Shown: in pieces, positions 28,288-37,491 of the stretch
Position numbering within the stretch: position 1 is the stretch's first letter
How the letters are laid out: every line of letters starts with the position of its first letter
NCBI GenBank assembly: GCA_964371125.1
Contig: CAYJMY010000002.1
Location: forward strand, 1 to 56,127
DNA: 56,127 nt
Source: an uncultured Mesorhizobium sp.
GTDB taxonomy: Bacteria; Pseudomonadota; Alphaproteobacteria; Rhizobiales; Rhizobiaceae
Reading direction: 5' to 3'
Program-made: the position numbers and the translations under genes
Notes under the pieces: model-generated
What the model was told of the DNA's origin: nothing
The model's database searches: none
Seen by the model: only the letters and a program-made list of their open reading frames with translations

Positions 28288-28713
28288 ATGACCCCCCACC
28301 AGATTTCGCTCGTCGAAGAGAGTTTTCGCGCCGTCGTCCCGATCCGCGCCACGGCGGCGGAGATTTTCTACCGCCGGCTGTTCACGCTCGATCCAGACTT
28401 GCGCGGCCTTTTCGCCGGAACCGACATGGCCGAACAGGGCCGCAAGCTGATGGCCAGCCTCGCCTTTGTCGTCCAGGGGCTGAGGAGCGCCGAATCCATC
28501 GTCCCGGCGGTCGAGGCGCTTGCCCGGCGGCACGTCGGCTACGGCGTGCGCCACGGCCACTACCGGACAGTCGGGCTGGCCCTCGTCGCCACCCTCGAAG
28601 AAGGCCTCGGCGAAGCCTTCACTACGGAAGTGCGCGAGGCATGGCTCGCTGCCTACGGCCTGCTCTCGGGCGTGATGCTTGCCGCGGCCGGAACCGAAGA
28701 GGCGATGGCCTGA
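28288..28713 (+). CDS. single-domain globin (flavohemoglobin-type globin domain, Vgb/Cgb-like)
   Basis: AGGAG RBS. FYRRLF (B10 Tyr), LF (CD1 Phe), EQGRKL (E7 Gln), LARRHVGYGV (F8 His), HYRTVG and EAWLAAY. No reductase domain. Confidence 0.92.
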   Translation: MTPHQISLVEESFRAVVPIRATAAEIFYRRLFTLDPDLRGLFAGTDMAEQGRKLMASLAFVVQGLRSAESIVPAVEALARRHVGYGVRHGHYRTVGLALVATLEEGLGEAFTTEVREAWLAAYGLLSGVMLAAAGTEEAMA

Positions 28714-28736
28714 TCGTCCCTTCCAATGGCGCAGGC

Positions 28737-29330
28737 TTACCCGCCGTTGACCAGCGCCAGGATCAGGCCGTGGATGTTGCCGCCGTTGCTCATCTCGACA
28801 CTGTCGAAATCGCGGCTTCGCTGGCGCTGGGCGAGCGACAGCGCCGAGAGCCGGCCGGTCAGCTCGGTGCGGATCTTCTTGCAGCCGGGATCGCCTTCGA
28901 CGGTGAGCCCGACCGACTGGGCTTCGATCTCGCGCACCATCTCCTTGATGAAGTCGCCATGAACCCGCTCGTGATCGGCGACTCCGGCGATGAACGTCTC
29001 CCAGTTGCGCCGCACCGGCGCCGGAAGCTCGCCCGACGGTTTCGGCAGCGTGTAGGTGATGATGAGCTTCGGCCGCGCCACGGCGAGCACGCAAGAACTG
29101 CCCTGCGGCTCGTACTTGCGCGACCAGGTCAGCTTGAACGTCGTGTGCGCGATGGCACGGGTGATGCCGAGCTTCGGCCCGCGTTCGCCAATGGAAGCGT
29201 AGAGTTCCGGGCCGCTCCGGCCGCTGATCGCATAGGTCTCGACCTGTTCGACGGCCCGCCACTCGGACCGGGCCGGCGAGGCGGCAAGAAGGAGAAGAAC
29301 GGACATCGCGATGGCGAGACGGACGGGCAT
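28737..29330 (-). CDS. DUF922 family secreted putative Zn-dependent protease
   Basis: Signal peptide, YAISGRSGPELYASI, ITYTLPK, HERVH (HExxH) and QRSRDFD. Confidence 0.82.
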   Translation of the reverse strand: MPVRLAIAMSVLLLLAASPARSEWRAVEQVETYAISGRSGPELYASIGERGPKLGITRAIAHTTFKLTWSRKYEPQGSSCVLAVARPKLIITYTLPKPSGELPAPVRRNWETFIAGVADHERVHGDFIKEMVREIEAQSVGLTVEGDPGCKKIRTELTGRLSALSLAQRQRSRDFDSVEMSNGGNIHGLILALVNGG

Positions 29331-29577
29331 CTCTGGGAAGCTCGGTTGTTCTGTCGACGGGATAGAACCCAGGCGGCACCGAAAGTCAAAGGCGCTGCCG
29401 GGGCGCCGGGCCGATCACGCCCGTTCACGCGCCGGATTGGCGAGGGTCGAGGCGAGACCGGCCGCGTGGTCCTCGGCGACCGCCCGCGCACAGCCGGCCT
29501 CCGTATCATGTTGCGTAGCCACGAAGCATTCGGCTAGCCTGCCCGCACATCCCGAAACCGACAACGGATTCCGTCCC

Positions 29578-30441
29578 ATGTCCGACCCTTCCGCCAAGGC
29601 GCCCGGCATCATCGGCGGGACGCTGCCGCCCGACATGGCGCTCGCCTGTGAGGCCGCCGGCGCCACCAAGGCCGGTCGTGACGCGCTGGCGCTCCTCGTG
29701 CTCGGCGTGCTCGCCGGCGCCTTCATCGCCTTCGGCGCCATGTTCATGACCGTGGTGCTTTCGGGCGCCGGCGACTTGCCCTTCGGCGTCGCCCGGCTGC
29801 TCGCCGGCCTCGTGTTCTCGCTCGGCCTGATCCTGGTCATCGTCGGCGGGGCCGAACTCTTCACCGGCGATTCGCTGATGATCCTCGCCTGCGCCAGCCG
29901 GCGCATCTCGATCGCCGCGCTGGCCCGCACCTGGACGCTCGTCTATATCGGCAATATCGCCGGCGCACTGGGCACGGCGGCTCTGGTCTTCCTCGCCGGC
30001 CAGCATGGCTTCGGAAGCGGCGCCGTCGGCAAGACGGCACTCACAGTCGCCTCCGCCAAGGCGGCGCTGCCCACCGTCCAACTCTTCTTCCTCGCCGTTC
30101 TGTGCAACGTGCTCGTCTGCCTGGCAGTGTGGATGTCGTTCGGGGCACACAGCGCGGCCGACAAGGTCCTGGTAATCGTGCCGCCGGTCGCCGCGTTCGT
30201 CGCGGCCGGTTTCGAGCACTCCATCGCCAATATCTATTTCTTGCCTTACGCGCTGGCGATCAAGGCATTCGCCGGACCTGAATTCTGGGCTGCAATCGGC
30301 CAGGACGCATCGGCCTATGCAGGCCTGACGATACAGGCCGCATTGCACAACATCGCGGTCGCCACGGTCGGTAACCTGATTGGCGGCAGCTTGATGGTCG
30401 GCGCGGTCTACTGGTTCCTGTACCTGCGCCGGCGCTCCTGA
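29578..30441 (+). CDS. formate/nitrite transporter (FNT, FocA/NirC family)
   Basis: AGAFIAFG, GAELFTG, YIGNIAG, LCNVLVCLAVW, GFEHSIAN and GNLIGG signature motifs. Confidence 0.93.
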   Translation: MSDPSAKAPGIIGGTLPPDMALACEAAGATKAGRDALALLVLGVLAGAFIAFGAMFMTVVLSGAGDLPFGVARLLAGLVFSLGLILVIVGGAELFTGDSLMILACASRRISIAALARTWTLVYIGNIAGALGTAALVFLAGQHGFGSGAVGKTALTVASAKAALPTVQLFFLAVLCNVLVCLAVWMSFGAHSAADKVLVIVPPVAAFVAAGFEHSIANIYFLPYALAIKAFAGPEFWAAIGQDASAYAGLTIQAALHNIAVATVGNLIGGSLMVGAVYWFLYLRRRS

Positions 30442-30464
30442 ACCGGGACGCGCCTTCCGCCGCC

Positions 30465-30692
30465 CTACTTCGCGGCGCGGGTCTTCTTCTTCGCCGGCGC
30501 AGGCGGAGCATCCTGCAACGCGCGCTCCTCCATTTCGAGGCGGGCCTTGCGAAGTTTCGCGGTCTTGACCTCACGCGAGGCGGCTTCCGCATCGATGATG
30601 GCGCGGGCGGCGCTGTGGGTTGTCTGCGCCTTTGTCTCCAGCCGGTTCGGCGACGGTTTGAACAAGGCACCTGCAGCTTTGGAATTCTTCAT
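30465..30692 (-). CDS. small basic hypothetical protein downstream of cspA
   Basis: GGAG RBS; 75 aa with REVKTAKLRKARL motif and a Lys-rich tail, a type I recall seeing beside rhizobial csp genes. Confidence 0.72.
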   Translation of the reverse strand: MKNSKAAGALFKPSPNRLETKAQTTHSAARAIIDAEAASREVKTAKLRKARLEMEERALQDAPPAPAKKKTRAAK

Positions 30693-30710
30693 GGGCTACT
30701 CCTGAAGCCG

Positions 30711-30739
30711 AAAGAAGGTCGGGCTTTGGCCCGACCTTC
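30711..30739 (-). terminator. terminator-like hairpin between cspA and the downstream small gene
   Basis: GAAGGTCGGGC/GCCCGACCTTC 11-bp stem followed on the minus strand by a short TTT tract. Confidence 0.65.
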
Positions 30740-30791
30740 CCTCATTTCGTCCGCCGGCGCCAGCGGATTGCTGGCTGCGGGCGTGCACGGA

Positions 30792-31001
30792 CTAGGCCGC
30801 CTGCAGGTTTTCCGCAGCGCTCTTGCCCGAGCGGTTGTCCCTGACGACGTCGAAGGAGAGCTTCTGGCCCTCGACGATGGTGCGCATTCCGGCGCGTTCG
30901 ACGGCGGAGATATGGACGAACACGTCCGTCGCGCCGTCTTCCGGCTGGATGAAGCCGAAGCCTTTGGTATGATTGAAGAACTTTACGGTTCCAGTGGTCA
31001 T
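30792..31001 (-). CDS. cspA: cold-shock protein
   Basis: 69 aa, MTTGTVKFFNHTKGFGFIQPEDGATDVFVHISAVERAG; RNP1 KGFGFI, RNP2 VFVHI; AAAGGA RBS. Confidence 0.96.
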   Translation of the reverse strand: MTTGTVKFFNHTKGFGFIQPEDGATDVFVHISAVERAGMRTIVEGQKLSFDVVRDNRSGKSAAENLQAA

Positions 31002-31173
31002 GACGATTCCTTTCAATCGGTCACGTGAGATCGCTCGCTCCGCAAGCTGCGGAACGGGCAGGTGAAATCGATTTTGAGAGGAGAAGATCGCTGGTGCGCG
31101 TCGCCGCGCTAAACAAAGTTCAGCAAGCAAGATCGATATCAAACACATAGACGCGATCGGTGTTCGAAACAAG
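31002..31173 (-). promoter_or_regulatory. cspA promoter and long 5' UTR (candidate thermoregulatory leader)
   Basis: Minus-strand CTTGTT (31173-31168), 17 nt, CTATGT (31150-31145) implies a leader of about 135 nt. Long leaders are typical of cold-inducible csp genes. Confidence 0.55.
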
Positions 31174-31540
31174 GCGCGCAGCCGGCAGCGGGTCTGCGCA
31201 CCGCTCGCCAGCGAGGTTGGACCTATCAGGGTATCTGGTGCGGAATGTCGATGGAACACCAGGACAAGGCCGAACATCTGCGATACGCGGACCCAGCGTG
31301 CTGCGTTCCCGGAACCGCTCTGCCGATGCTGGCCCAGCGCATTCCCGCGTGAGGATTTGGACGTTTTCCGCCGGGCGCATATTCTCGCGAGGTGAAGGCG
31401 AGACTGTCGAATGCCGCGCAGGCGCACGGTCTTCACCCGCCGGGCGACGATTTCGGATTCACGTTCCTTTTCCTCCGCAGGGTGCGGGTCCATTCTTTCC
31501 CCGCGCCTGCACGGCGGGCGCGAAACAAAGGGAGACGGCG

Positions 31541-33142
31541 ATGAATATCCTGAACATGTCCCGGCGCGGACTGCTCCAGGGCGCGGCTGCGGTCGGCGCA
31601 CTTGCAGTGCTGCCGTTCCCGGTCCTCGCCCAGGAGCCGAAGAAGGGCGGGCGCCTGATCGTCGCCGCCGATTCCGAGCCGCGCAACCTCAATCCGGCGA
31701 TCGTCGCCTCGAACGGCGTCTTCTTCGTCTCCTCGAAGGTCGTCGAGCCGCTCGCCGAGGCATCGTTCGACGGCCTCGAAGGCCGCCTGGCGACCGCCTG
31801 GGAGGGCTCCGACGACGGACTTTCGGTGACCTTCACGCTGCGCGAAGGCGTGACCTGGCATGACGGCAAGCCGTTCACCTCGGCCGACGTCGCCTTCTCG
31901 GCGCTGGAGGTATGGAGGAAGCTGCAGAACCTCGGCCGCGTCGTCTTCAAGGATCTCGAGGCGGTCGACACGCCGGACGAGCGCACCGCCGTTTTCCGCT
32001 TCGCGCGGCCGACGCCGTTCCAGTTGATCCGCAACGCGCTGCCGGCGCTGACGGCGGTCCTGCCCCGTCATCTCTACGAAGGCACCGACATCTCCGCCAA
32101 CCCCGCCAACACCGCCCCGGTCGGCACCGGACCGTTCCGCTTCGCCGAACACAAGGCCGGCGAATACTACCGGCTGGCGCGCAACGAGGTCTACTGGGGC
32201 CAAGGCCTGCCGCATCTCGACGAGATCATCTACCGCGTGCTGCCCGACCGCGCCGCCGCCGCCGGCGCCATCGAGGCCGACGAGGTCCAGCTCGCCGCCT
32301 TTTCGGCGGTGCCGCTCGCCGACCTCGATCGCATCTCCAAGGTTCCCGGCGTCGAGGTGGTGACCACCGGCTACGAGGCGCTGACCTACCAGCTGGTCGT
32401 CGAGATCAACCACCGGCGCAAGGAACTCGCCGACCTCAAAGTCCGCCAGGCGATCGCCCATGCCATCGACAAGAACTTCGTCGTCAGGACGATCTTCCTC
32501 GGCTACGCGGCGGCGGCCACAGGCCCGGTGCCGAAGAACGATCCACAGTTCTACACGGCCGACGTGCCGCAATATGCCTTCGACGTGGCGCGTGCCAACG
32601 CGCTCCTCGACGAGGCCGGCTACGCGCGCGGCGGCGACGGCAAGCGTTTTGCCCTGAAGCTGCTGCCGGCGCCCTACTTCAACGAAACCAAGCAGTTCGG
32701 CGACTATCTGCGCCAGGCGCTGGCCGAGGTCGGCATCGACGCCGGCATCGTCAACAACGACGCCGCCGCGCACCAGAAGGCGGTCTACAGCGACCACGAC
32801 TTCGACATCGCGGTCGCGCCGCCGGTATTCCGCGGCGACCCCGCCATCTCGACGACGATCCTGGTGCAGAGCGGCATTCCCGACGGGGTGCCCTTCTCCA
32901 ACCAGGGCGGCTACGCCAACGCCGAGGTCGACGCGCTGATCGCCAAGGCGGCGGGTACGCTCGACGAAAGGGCCCGCATCGGCCTCTATCACGATTTCCA
33001 GCGCCTGGTCGCCGCCGACCTGCCGCTGATCAACGTCGCCGAATGGGGCTTCACCACGGTGAAGCGCAGTTCGGTCCACAACGTCTCCAACAATCCACGC
33101 TGGGCGGTGTCGAACTGGGCGGACGTTTGGCTCGACGCATGA
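31541..33142 (+). CDS. ABC transporter substrate-binding protein, family 5 (Tat-exported)
   Basis: GGAGA RBS, SRRGLL Tat motif, LREGVTWHDGKPFTSADV, GTGPF and VRQAIAHAID. Confidence 0.93.
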   Translation: MNILNMSRRGLLQGAAAVGALAVLPFPVLAQEPKKGGRLIVAADSEPRNLNPAIVASNGVFFVSSKVVEPLAEASFDGLEGRLATAWEGSDDGLSVTFTLREGVTWHDGKPFTSADVAFSALEVWRKLQNLGRVVFKDLEAVDTPDERTAVFRFARPTPFQLIRNALPALTAVLPRHLYEGTDISANPANTAPVGTGPFRFAEHKAGEYYRLARNEVYWGQGLPHLDEIIYRVLPDRAAAAGAIEADEVQLAAFSAVPLADLDRISKVPGVEVVTTGYEALTYQLVVEINHRRKELADLKVRQAIAHAIDKNFVVRTIFLGYAAAATGPVPKNDPQFYTADVPQYAFDVARANALLDEAGYARGGDGKRFALKLLPAPYFNETKQFGDYLRQALAEVGIDAGIVNNDAAAHQKAVYSDHDFDIAVAPPVFRGDPAISTTILVQSGIPDGVPFSNQGGYANAEVDALIAKAAGTLDERARIGLYHDFQRLVAADLPLINVAEWGFTTVKRSSVHNVSNNPRWAVSNWADVWLDA

Positions 33143-33185
33143 GGCGACGCTTGCGCGGTGCGCGCGGCGGTGATGGACTGACGGC

Positions 33186-34172
33186 GTGAACCGCGCGCTT
33201 CCGCTCCTGCGCCGCCGACTCCTGTCGAGCCTGCCGGTGCTCCTGATCGTCGTCTTCGGCAGCTTCCTCCTCCTTGAGGCGGCGCCGGGCGACGCCGTGG
33301 ACGCCTACCTCGTCTCGATCGGCGGCGACGCCGGGCTGGCCGCCCAACTGCGCCGGGAATGGGGCCTCGACCAGTCCGCCTGGGCGCGCTTCGGAGCCTT
33401 CGCCACGGCGCTCGCCCAAGGCGATCTCGGCTGGTCGGTCGCGTTCTCCCGACCGATCCGCGACGTCATCCTCGAAAGACTGCCCAACACGCTGCTGCTG
33501 ATGGGCACTGCGACGGCGTTGTCCTTCGGCCTCGGCTCACTTCTGGGCATCGTCGCCGGGGCGCGGCCCGGCAGCGTCCGCGACCGGGCGCTCTCGATCG
33601 CCTCGCTCGCGCTCTATGCGGTCCCGGGATTCTGGCTGGGACTGGTGCTGATCGTGGTGTTCGCCATCGAGCTGCGCTGGCTCCCGCTCGGCGGCGTCGA
33701 GACGATCGCCACGACGAAGACAGGGCTCGACCGCGCGCTCGACATCGCCCGCCACCTCGTCCTGCCGGTCGCCGCGCTCGGCATGATCTACCTGGCGCTG
33801 TATCTGAGGGTGATGCGCGCCGGCATGGCCGAGGTCTGGCGCATGGACTTCGTGCTGGCGCTGAAGGCCCGCGGCCTGTCGCGCCGGCGTATCGTGCTGG
33901 CCCATGTCGCGCGCAACGCGCTCCTGCCGCTCGTCACCATGCTCGGCCTGCAGTCGGCGTCGATGCTCGGCGGCAGCGTCGTCATCGAAAGCGTGTTCGC
34001 CGTGCCCGGCATCGGACGCCTCGCCCACGAGGCGGTGGCGGCGCGCGACGTGCCACTCCTGCTCGGCATCATCCTGGCGAGCGCGGTGCTCGTGGTGGCC
34101 GTCAACCTGCTCGTCGACATCGCTTACGCAGCGCTCGACCCGCGCGTCGGCGCCTCGGAGGAACGGGCGTGA
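33186..34172 (+). CDS. ABC transporter permease (DppB-like)
   Basis: APGD, GLDQ, GDLGWS, ERLPNTL, HVARNALLP, IESVFAVPGIG and LDPRV. Confidence 0.92.
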   Translation: MNRALPLLRRRLLSSLPVLLIVVFGSFLLLEAAPGDAVDAYLVSIGGDAGLAAQLRREWGLDQSAWARFGAFATALAQGDLGWSVAFSRPIRDVILERLPNTLLLMGTATALSFGLGSLLGIVAGARPGSVRDRALSIASLALYAVPGFWLGLVLIVVFAIELRWLPLGGVETIATTKTGLDRALDIARHLVLPVAALGMIYLALYLRVMRAGMAEVWRMDFVLALKARGLSRRRIVLAHVARNALLPLVTMLGLQSASMLGGSVVIESVFAVPGIGRLAHEAVAARDVPLLLGIILASAVLVVAVNLLVDIAYAALDPRVGASEERA

Positions 34173-34993
34173 TCCGCCGGCTCCTCACCACGCCCGAAGG
34201 CATCGCCGGGACCGCGATCCTCATTCTTCTCGCGCTCGCAGCGCTGACCGCGCCGTTCCTCTTCCCGCGCGATCCGCTCGCCATCGCCGGGCCGGCGCTC
34301 GTGCCGCCGTTGCAGGATCCGGCACACCTGCTGGGCACCGACCGGCTTGGCCGCGACGTACTCGCCGGACTCGTCCATGGCGCGCGCATGTCGCTCGCAG
34401 TCGGCCTCGCCGCCGCCGCGGCGGCGCTCTTCGTCGGCGCGATCGTCGGCACGGTCGCCGGCTTTGCCGGCGGCTTCGTCGACGAGGCGCTGATGCGGAT
34501 CGCCGAAGCCTTCCAGATCGTGCCCGGCTTTCTCCTCGCGCTCGCCTTCGTCAGCATCGCCGGGCCGTCGCTGCCCGTCGTCGTCGCCGCCATCGCGCTC
34601 GGCGCCTGGACCGGCCCCGCACGGGTGGCGCGCGCCGAAGTCCTGTCGATCCGCGAGCGCGACTACGTCGCGGCGAGCCGCGTCGTCGGCATGCACCCGC
34701 TGGAGATCACGCTCCGCGAGGTGCTGCCCAATGCGCTGCCCCCGGTTCTGGCGCTGTCTTCCGTCATCGTCGCCGGCGCCGTACTCACCGAGGCTGCGCT
34801 CTCCTTCCTCGGCCTCGGCGATCCCAACCGCGTCACCTGGGGCGCCATGATCGCCGAGGGGCGCGTCGTACTGCGCTCCTCGCCCTTCCTGTCGATCATC
34901 CCCGGCGCTGCCCTCGTCGTCGCCGTCGTCGGCGTCTACCTGTTCGGCGAGGGGCTGGTCGAGGCCTCGACCTCGCGCAGGCGGTACCTGTGA
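34169..34993 (+). CDS. ABC transporter permease (DppC-like)
   Basis: GTG overlaps the upstream TGA. HLLGTDRLGRD, DYVAASRVVG, LPNALPP and EAALSFLGLG. Confidence 0.92.
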   Translation: MIRRLLTTPEGIAGTAILILLALAALTAPFLFPRDPLAIAGPALVPPLQDPAHLLGTDRLGRDVLAGLVHGARMSLAVGLAAAAAALFVGAIVGTVAGFAGGFVDEALMRIAEAFQIVPGFLLALAFVSIAGPSLPVVVAAIALGAWTGPARVARAEVLSIRERDYVAASRVVGMHPLEITLREVLPNALPPVLALSSVIVAGAVLTEAALSFLGLGDPNRVTWGAMIAEGRVVLRSSPFLSIIPGAALVVAVVGVYLFGEGLVEASTSRRRYL

Positions 34994-35784
34994 GCCTGCT
35001 CGCCGTCGCCGACCTGTCCGTATTCCACGCCGGCACGGCAGTACCGGCAGTTTCCGGCATCGGCTTCGAGCTTGGCGAGGGCGAGCGCCTCGCCGTCATC
35101 GGCGAGAGCGGGTCGGGCAAGACCACGCTTGCCCGCGCCGTCGCCGGCCTCCTGCCTCCCGCGGCACGCCTCGAAGGCGCGATCCGCTGGCGCGGCAAGG
35201 ATGCGCCGGCGCGCCCAGGAAAGGACATCGGCTACGTCTTCCAGGACCCTTCGGCCAGCCTCGATCCCGTCGCCAGTGTCGGCCGGCAGATCGCGGAAGT
35301 GGTGCGCACGCACGCAGGCCTCGGCTGGCCGGCGGCCTTGGCACGAGCGGCCGAACTGCTTGACCGCGTCCGCCTTCCCGAACCGATCGCCATGCTCGAC
35401 GCATGGCCGCACCAGCTTTCCGGAGGCCAGAAGCAGCGCGTCGCCATCGCCGCGGCTATTGCTGCTCGACCCGCCCTGCTGATCGCCGACGAGGCGACCA
35501 GCGCGCTCGACACCATCGTCCAGGCCGAGATCGTGGCGCTGATCCGCGGCATCGTCGAGGAAGAGCGGATGGCGCTGGTCTTCATCACCCACGACATCGC
35601 GCTCGCCGCGCAACTGGCCGAGCGCATCGCCGTCCTACGTAGCGGCCGCCTGGTCGAGATCGGTTCAGCCGCCGGCGTCGTCGGCGCGGCGGCCGACCCC
35701 TACACGCGCATGCTGATCGAGGCGAGTTCCGACCTAGTCTCGCTGGTCGGCGGCGATGATGCCCGCGAGGCAGCCGCGCCATGA
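34990..35784 (+). CDS. ABC transporter ATP-binding protein (DppD-like)
   Basis: GTGA overlap; GESGSGKTT, LSGGQKQR, IADEAT and ITHD. Confidence 0.92.
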   Translation: MSLLAVADLSVFHAGTAVPAVSGIGFELGEGERLAVIGESGSGKTTLARAVAGLLPPAARLEGAIRWRGKDAPARPGKDIGYVFQDPSASLDPVASVGRQIAEVVRTHAGLGWPAALARAAELLDRVRLPEPIAMLDAWPHQLSGGQKQRVAIAAAIAARPALLIADEATSALDTIVQAEIVALIRGIVEEERMALVFITHDIALAAQLAERIAVLRSGRLVEIGSAAGVVGAAADPYTRMLIEASSDLVSLVGGDDAREAAAP

Positions 35785-36569
35785 GCGAGCCCCTCCTGCG
35801 CATCTCCGGGTTGACCAAGCGCTTCCGGCGCGGGGGAACAATCGTCGACGCCGTCGCCGGCGTATCGCTCGACGTCCACGCTGGCGAGACGCTCGCCCTG
35901 GTCGGTCCGTCGGCAAGCGGCAAGTCGACGCTTGCCCGCCTGATCCTGAGGCTGATCGAGGCCGACGCCGGCTCCGTCCGTTTCGACGGCCTCGACCTGC
36001 TGTCGCTGCGCGGGACGGCGCTGCGTGCTGCACGCGCGCGCCTGCAGATGGTCTTCCAGGATCCGCACGCCGCGTTCAACCCGCGCGCCACGGTCGCCCG
36101 CGTGCTCGCTGACCCGCTGCGCATCCACCGGATCGCCGCCCGTTCGGAGCGGCCGGCCGCGATCGCCCGGCTGCTGGAGAGCGTCGATCTTCCCGCCTCG
36201 TTCGCCGACCGGCCGCTCCACGACCTGTCCGGCGGCCAGCGCCAGCGCGTCGCCATAGCCCGCGCGATCGCCCCGGCGCCAAAACTCGTCGTCCTCGACG
36301 AGGCGGTCTCCGCACTCGACGTCTCGACACGACGCCGCACGCTGGCGCTGCTGGCCGAGTTGCAGAAATCGCGCGGCGTCGCCTATCTCTTCGTCACCCA
36401 CGATCTCGCCGCGGTGCGCCTGATCGCCCATCGCGTCGCGGTGATGGACCGCGGCGCGATCGTCGAGACCGGCTCGGTCCGCGACGTCGTGAAACACCCG
36501 CAATCGACGACGGCGCGGGCCCTCGTCGCCGCACAACCGCGCCTGGCGGCGCGATCGGAGGCGTCATGA
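35781..36569 (+). CDS. ABC transporter ATP-binding protein (DppF-like)
   Basis: ATGA overlap; GPSASGKST, LSGGQRQR, VLDEAV and VTHD. Confidence 0.92.
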   Translation: MSEPLLRISGLTKRFRRGGTIVDAVAGVSLDVHAGETLALVGPSASGKSTLARLILRLIEADAGSVRFDGLDLLSLRGTALRAARARLQMVFQDPHAAFNPRATVARVLADPLRIHRIAARSERPAAIARLLESVDLPASFADRPLHDLSGGQRQRVAIARAIAPAPKLVVLDEAVSALDVSTRRRTLALLAELQKSRGVAYLFVTHDLAAVRLIAHRVAVMDRGAIVETGSVRDVVKHPQSTTARALVAAQPRLAARSEAS

Positions 36570-37069
36570 ACGACGAAAGCCGCATCGAAGCCCTCGCCCG
36601 CGAACTCGAGTCGGCGTTCCGCAACCGGGCGGATCTCTACCGCCTGCTCTTCGACGAACTCGCAGCCGCGTTCGGCGAGGAGAAGGCCGAAACGATCCTT
36701 TCCGCGGCGATCGAGCGACGCGGACGCGAGGTCGCCATGGCGGCCTTCGCCGGTTACGGTCCAAACGACGCGCGCGCCGTCGGCGAAGCCTTCCTCGCCG
36801 TCAGCCCCGACGGCGGGCGCTTGTATCCGACGGAGGTCGAGCGGCAGGCGCATTGCATCGGCTTCCGCGTGCAGCGCTGCCCGTTGAAGGACGCATGGAC
36901 CGATGCCGGCGTCGGCGACGACAGGCTCGCCGTGCTGTGCCGGATCGCCGGCGCGTTCGACCGCGGGCTGTTCGAGGCGACCGGCGTGCGCTTCGAGAAC
37001 ACCACGTGGACGCCCGGCCATGGTAGCGACTGCTGTCACATCCTGCTGACCGATCGGGATGCCCGGTAG
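36566..37069 (+). CDS. L-2-amino-thiazoline-4-carboxylate (ATC) hydrolase-like family protein
   Basis: ATGA overlap. FGEEKAETILSAAIERRG, RCPLKDAW, LCRIAG..D and CC pattern characteristic of the ATC_hydrolase / V4R-like fold family. Confidence 0.72.
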   Translation: MNDESRIEALARELESAFRNRADLYRLLFDELAAAFGEEKAETILSAAIERRGREVAMAAFAGYGPNDARAVGEAFLAVSPDGGRLYPTEVERQAHCIGFRVQRCPLKDAWTDAGVGDDRLAVLCRIAGAFDRGLFEATGVRFENTTWTPGHGSDCCHILLTDRDAR

Positions 37070-37491
37070 CGGTCAAACATCAACCGGACCTGCGGCCTGC
37101 CCCAAAAAAAACAATATTCGGACGGCCAAGACCGAGCAACCGATTGGCTGTTCATCCATTTCAACAACTCGCGGCGCCGGGCACGCCCTCGCGGCCCTTC
37201 ACATGCACGGGTAGTGGAGGGCCTGCACCTTTGGTCGGATTGAGGCGTGGTATGGGTCGAAATCGTCCAGTTCCAGGAGCGGAGCCGAAGGCGGCGTTGA
37301 CCTCCTTCGCGGCGCCGCGACGCGGAAATGGGCGATTCTGGCCCTATCCCTCCGCGACGCGGCAAATCTCGCCTCAGAGTGGTTCTACCCTCCCCTGCAG
37401 TGGTCAACAGCACACCGGCCGTTTCGCCTGCTCAGGGGCAAAATCCGGCTCGCGCCGCGGCCAATCAGATTTTCTTGAGTACAGACCCTAG

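Noticed and set aside
31160-31601. N-terminal extensions of cspA (269-aa ORF) and of the second SBP (660-aa ORF)
   Set aside because: Good RBS and start codons at 31001 and 31541 give family-typical lengths. The extensions only cross the divergent promoter region.
37070-37491. 422-bp lower-GC intergenic region with an A8 run upstream of ndvB (possible sRNA or phase-variable tract)
   Set aside because: No convincing terminator, conserved structure or credible ORF. It most simply contains the ndvB promoter.
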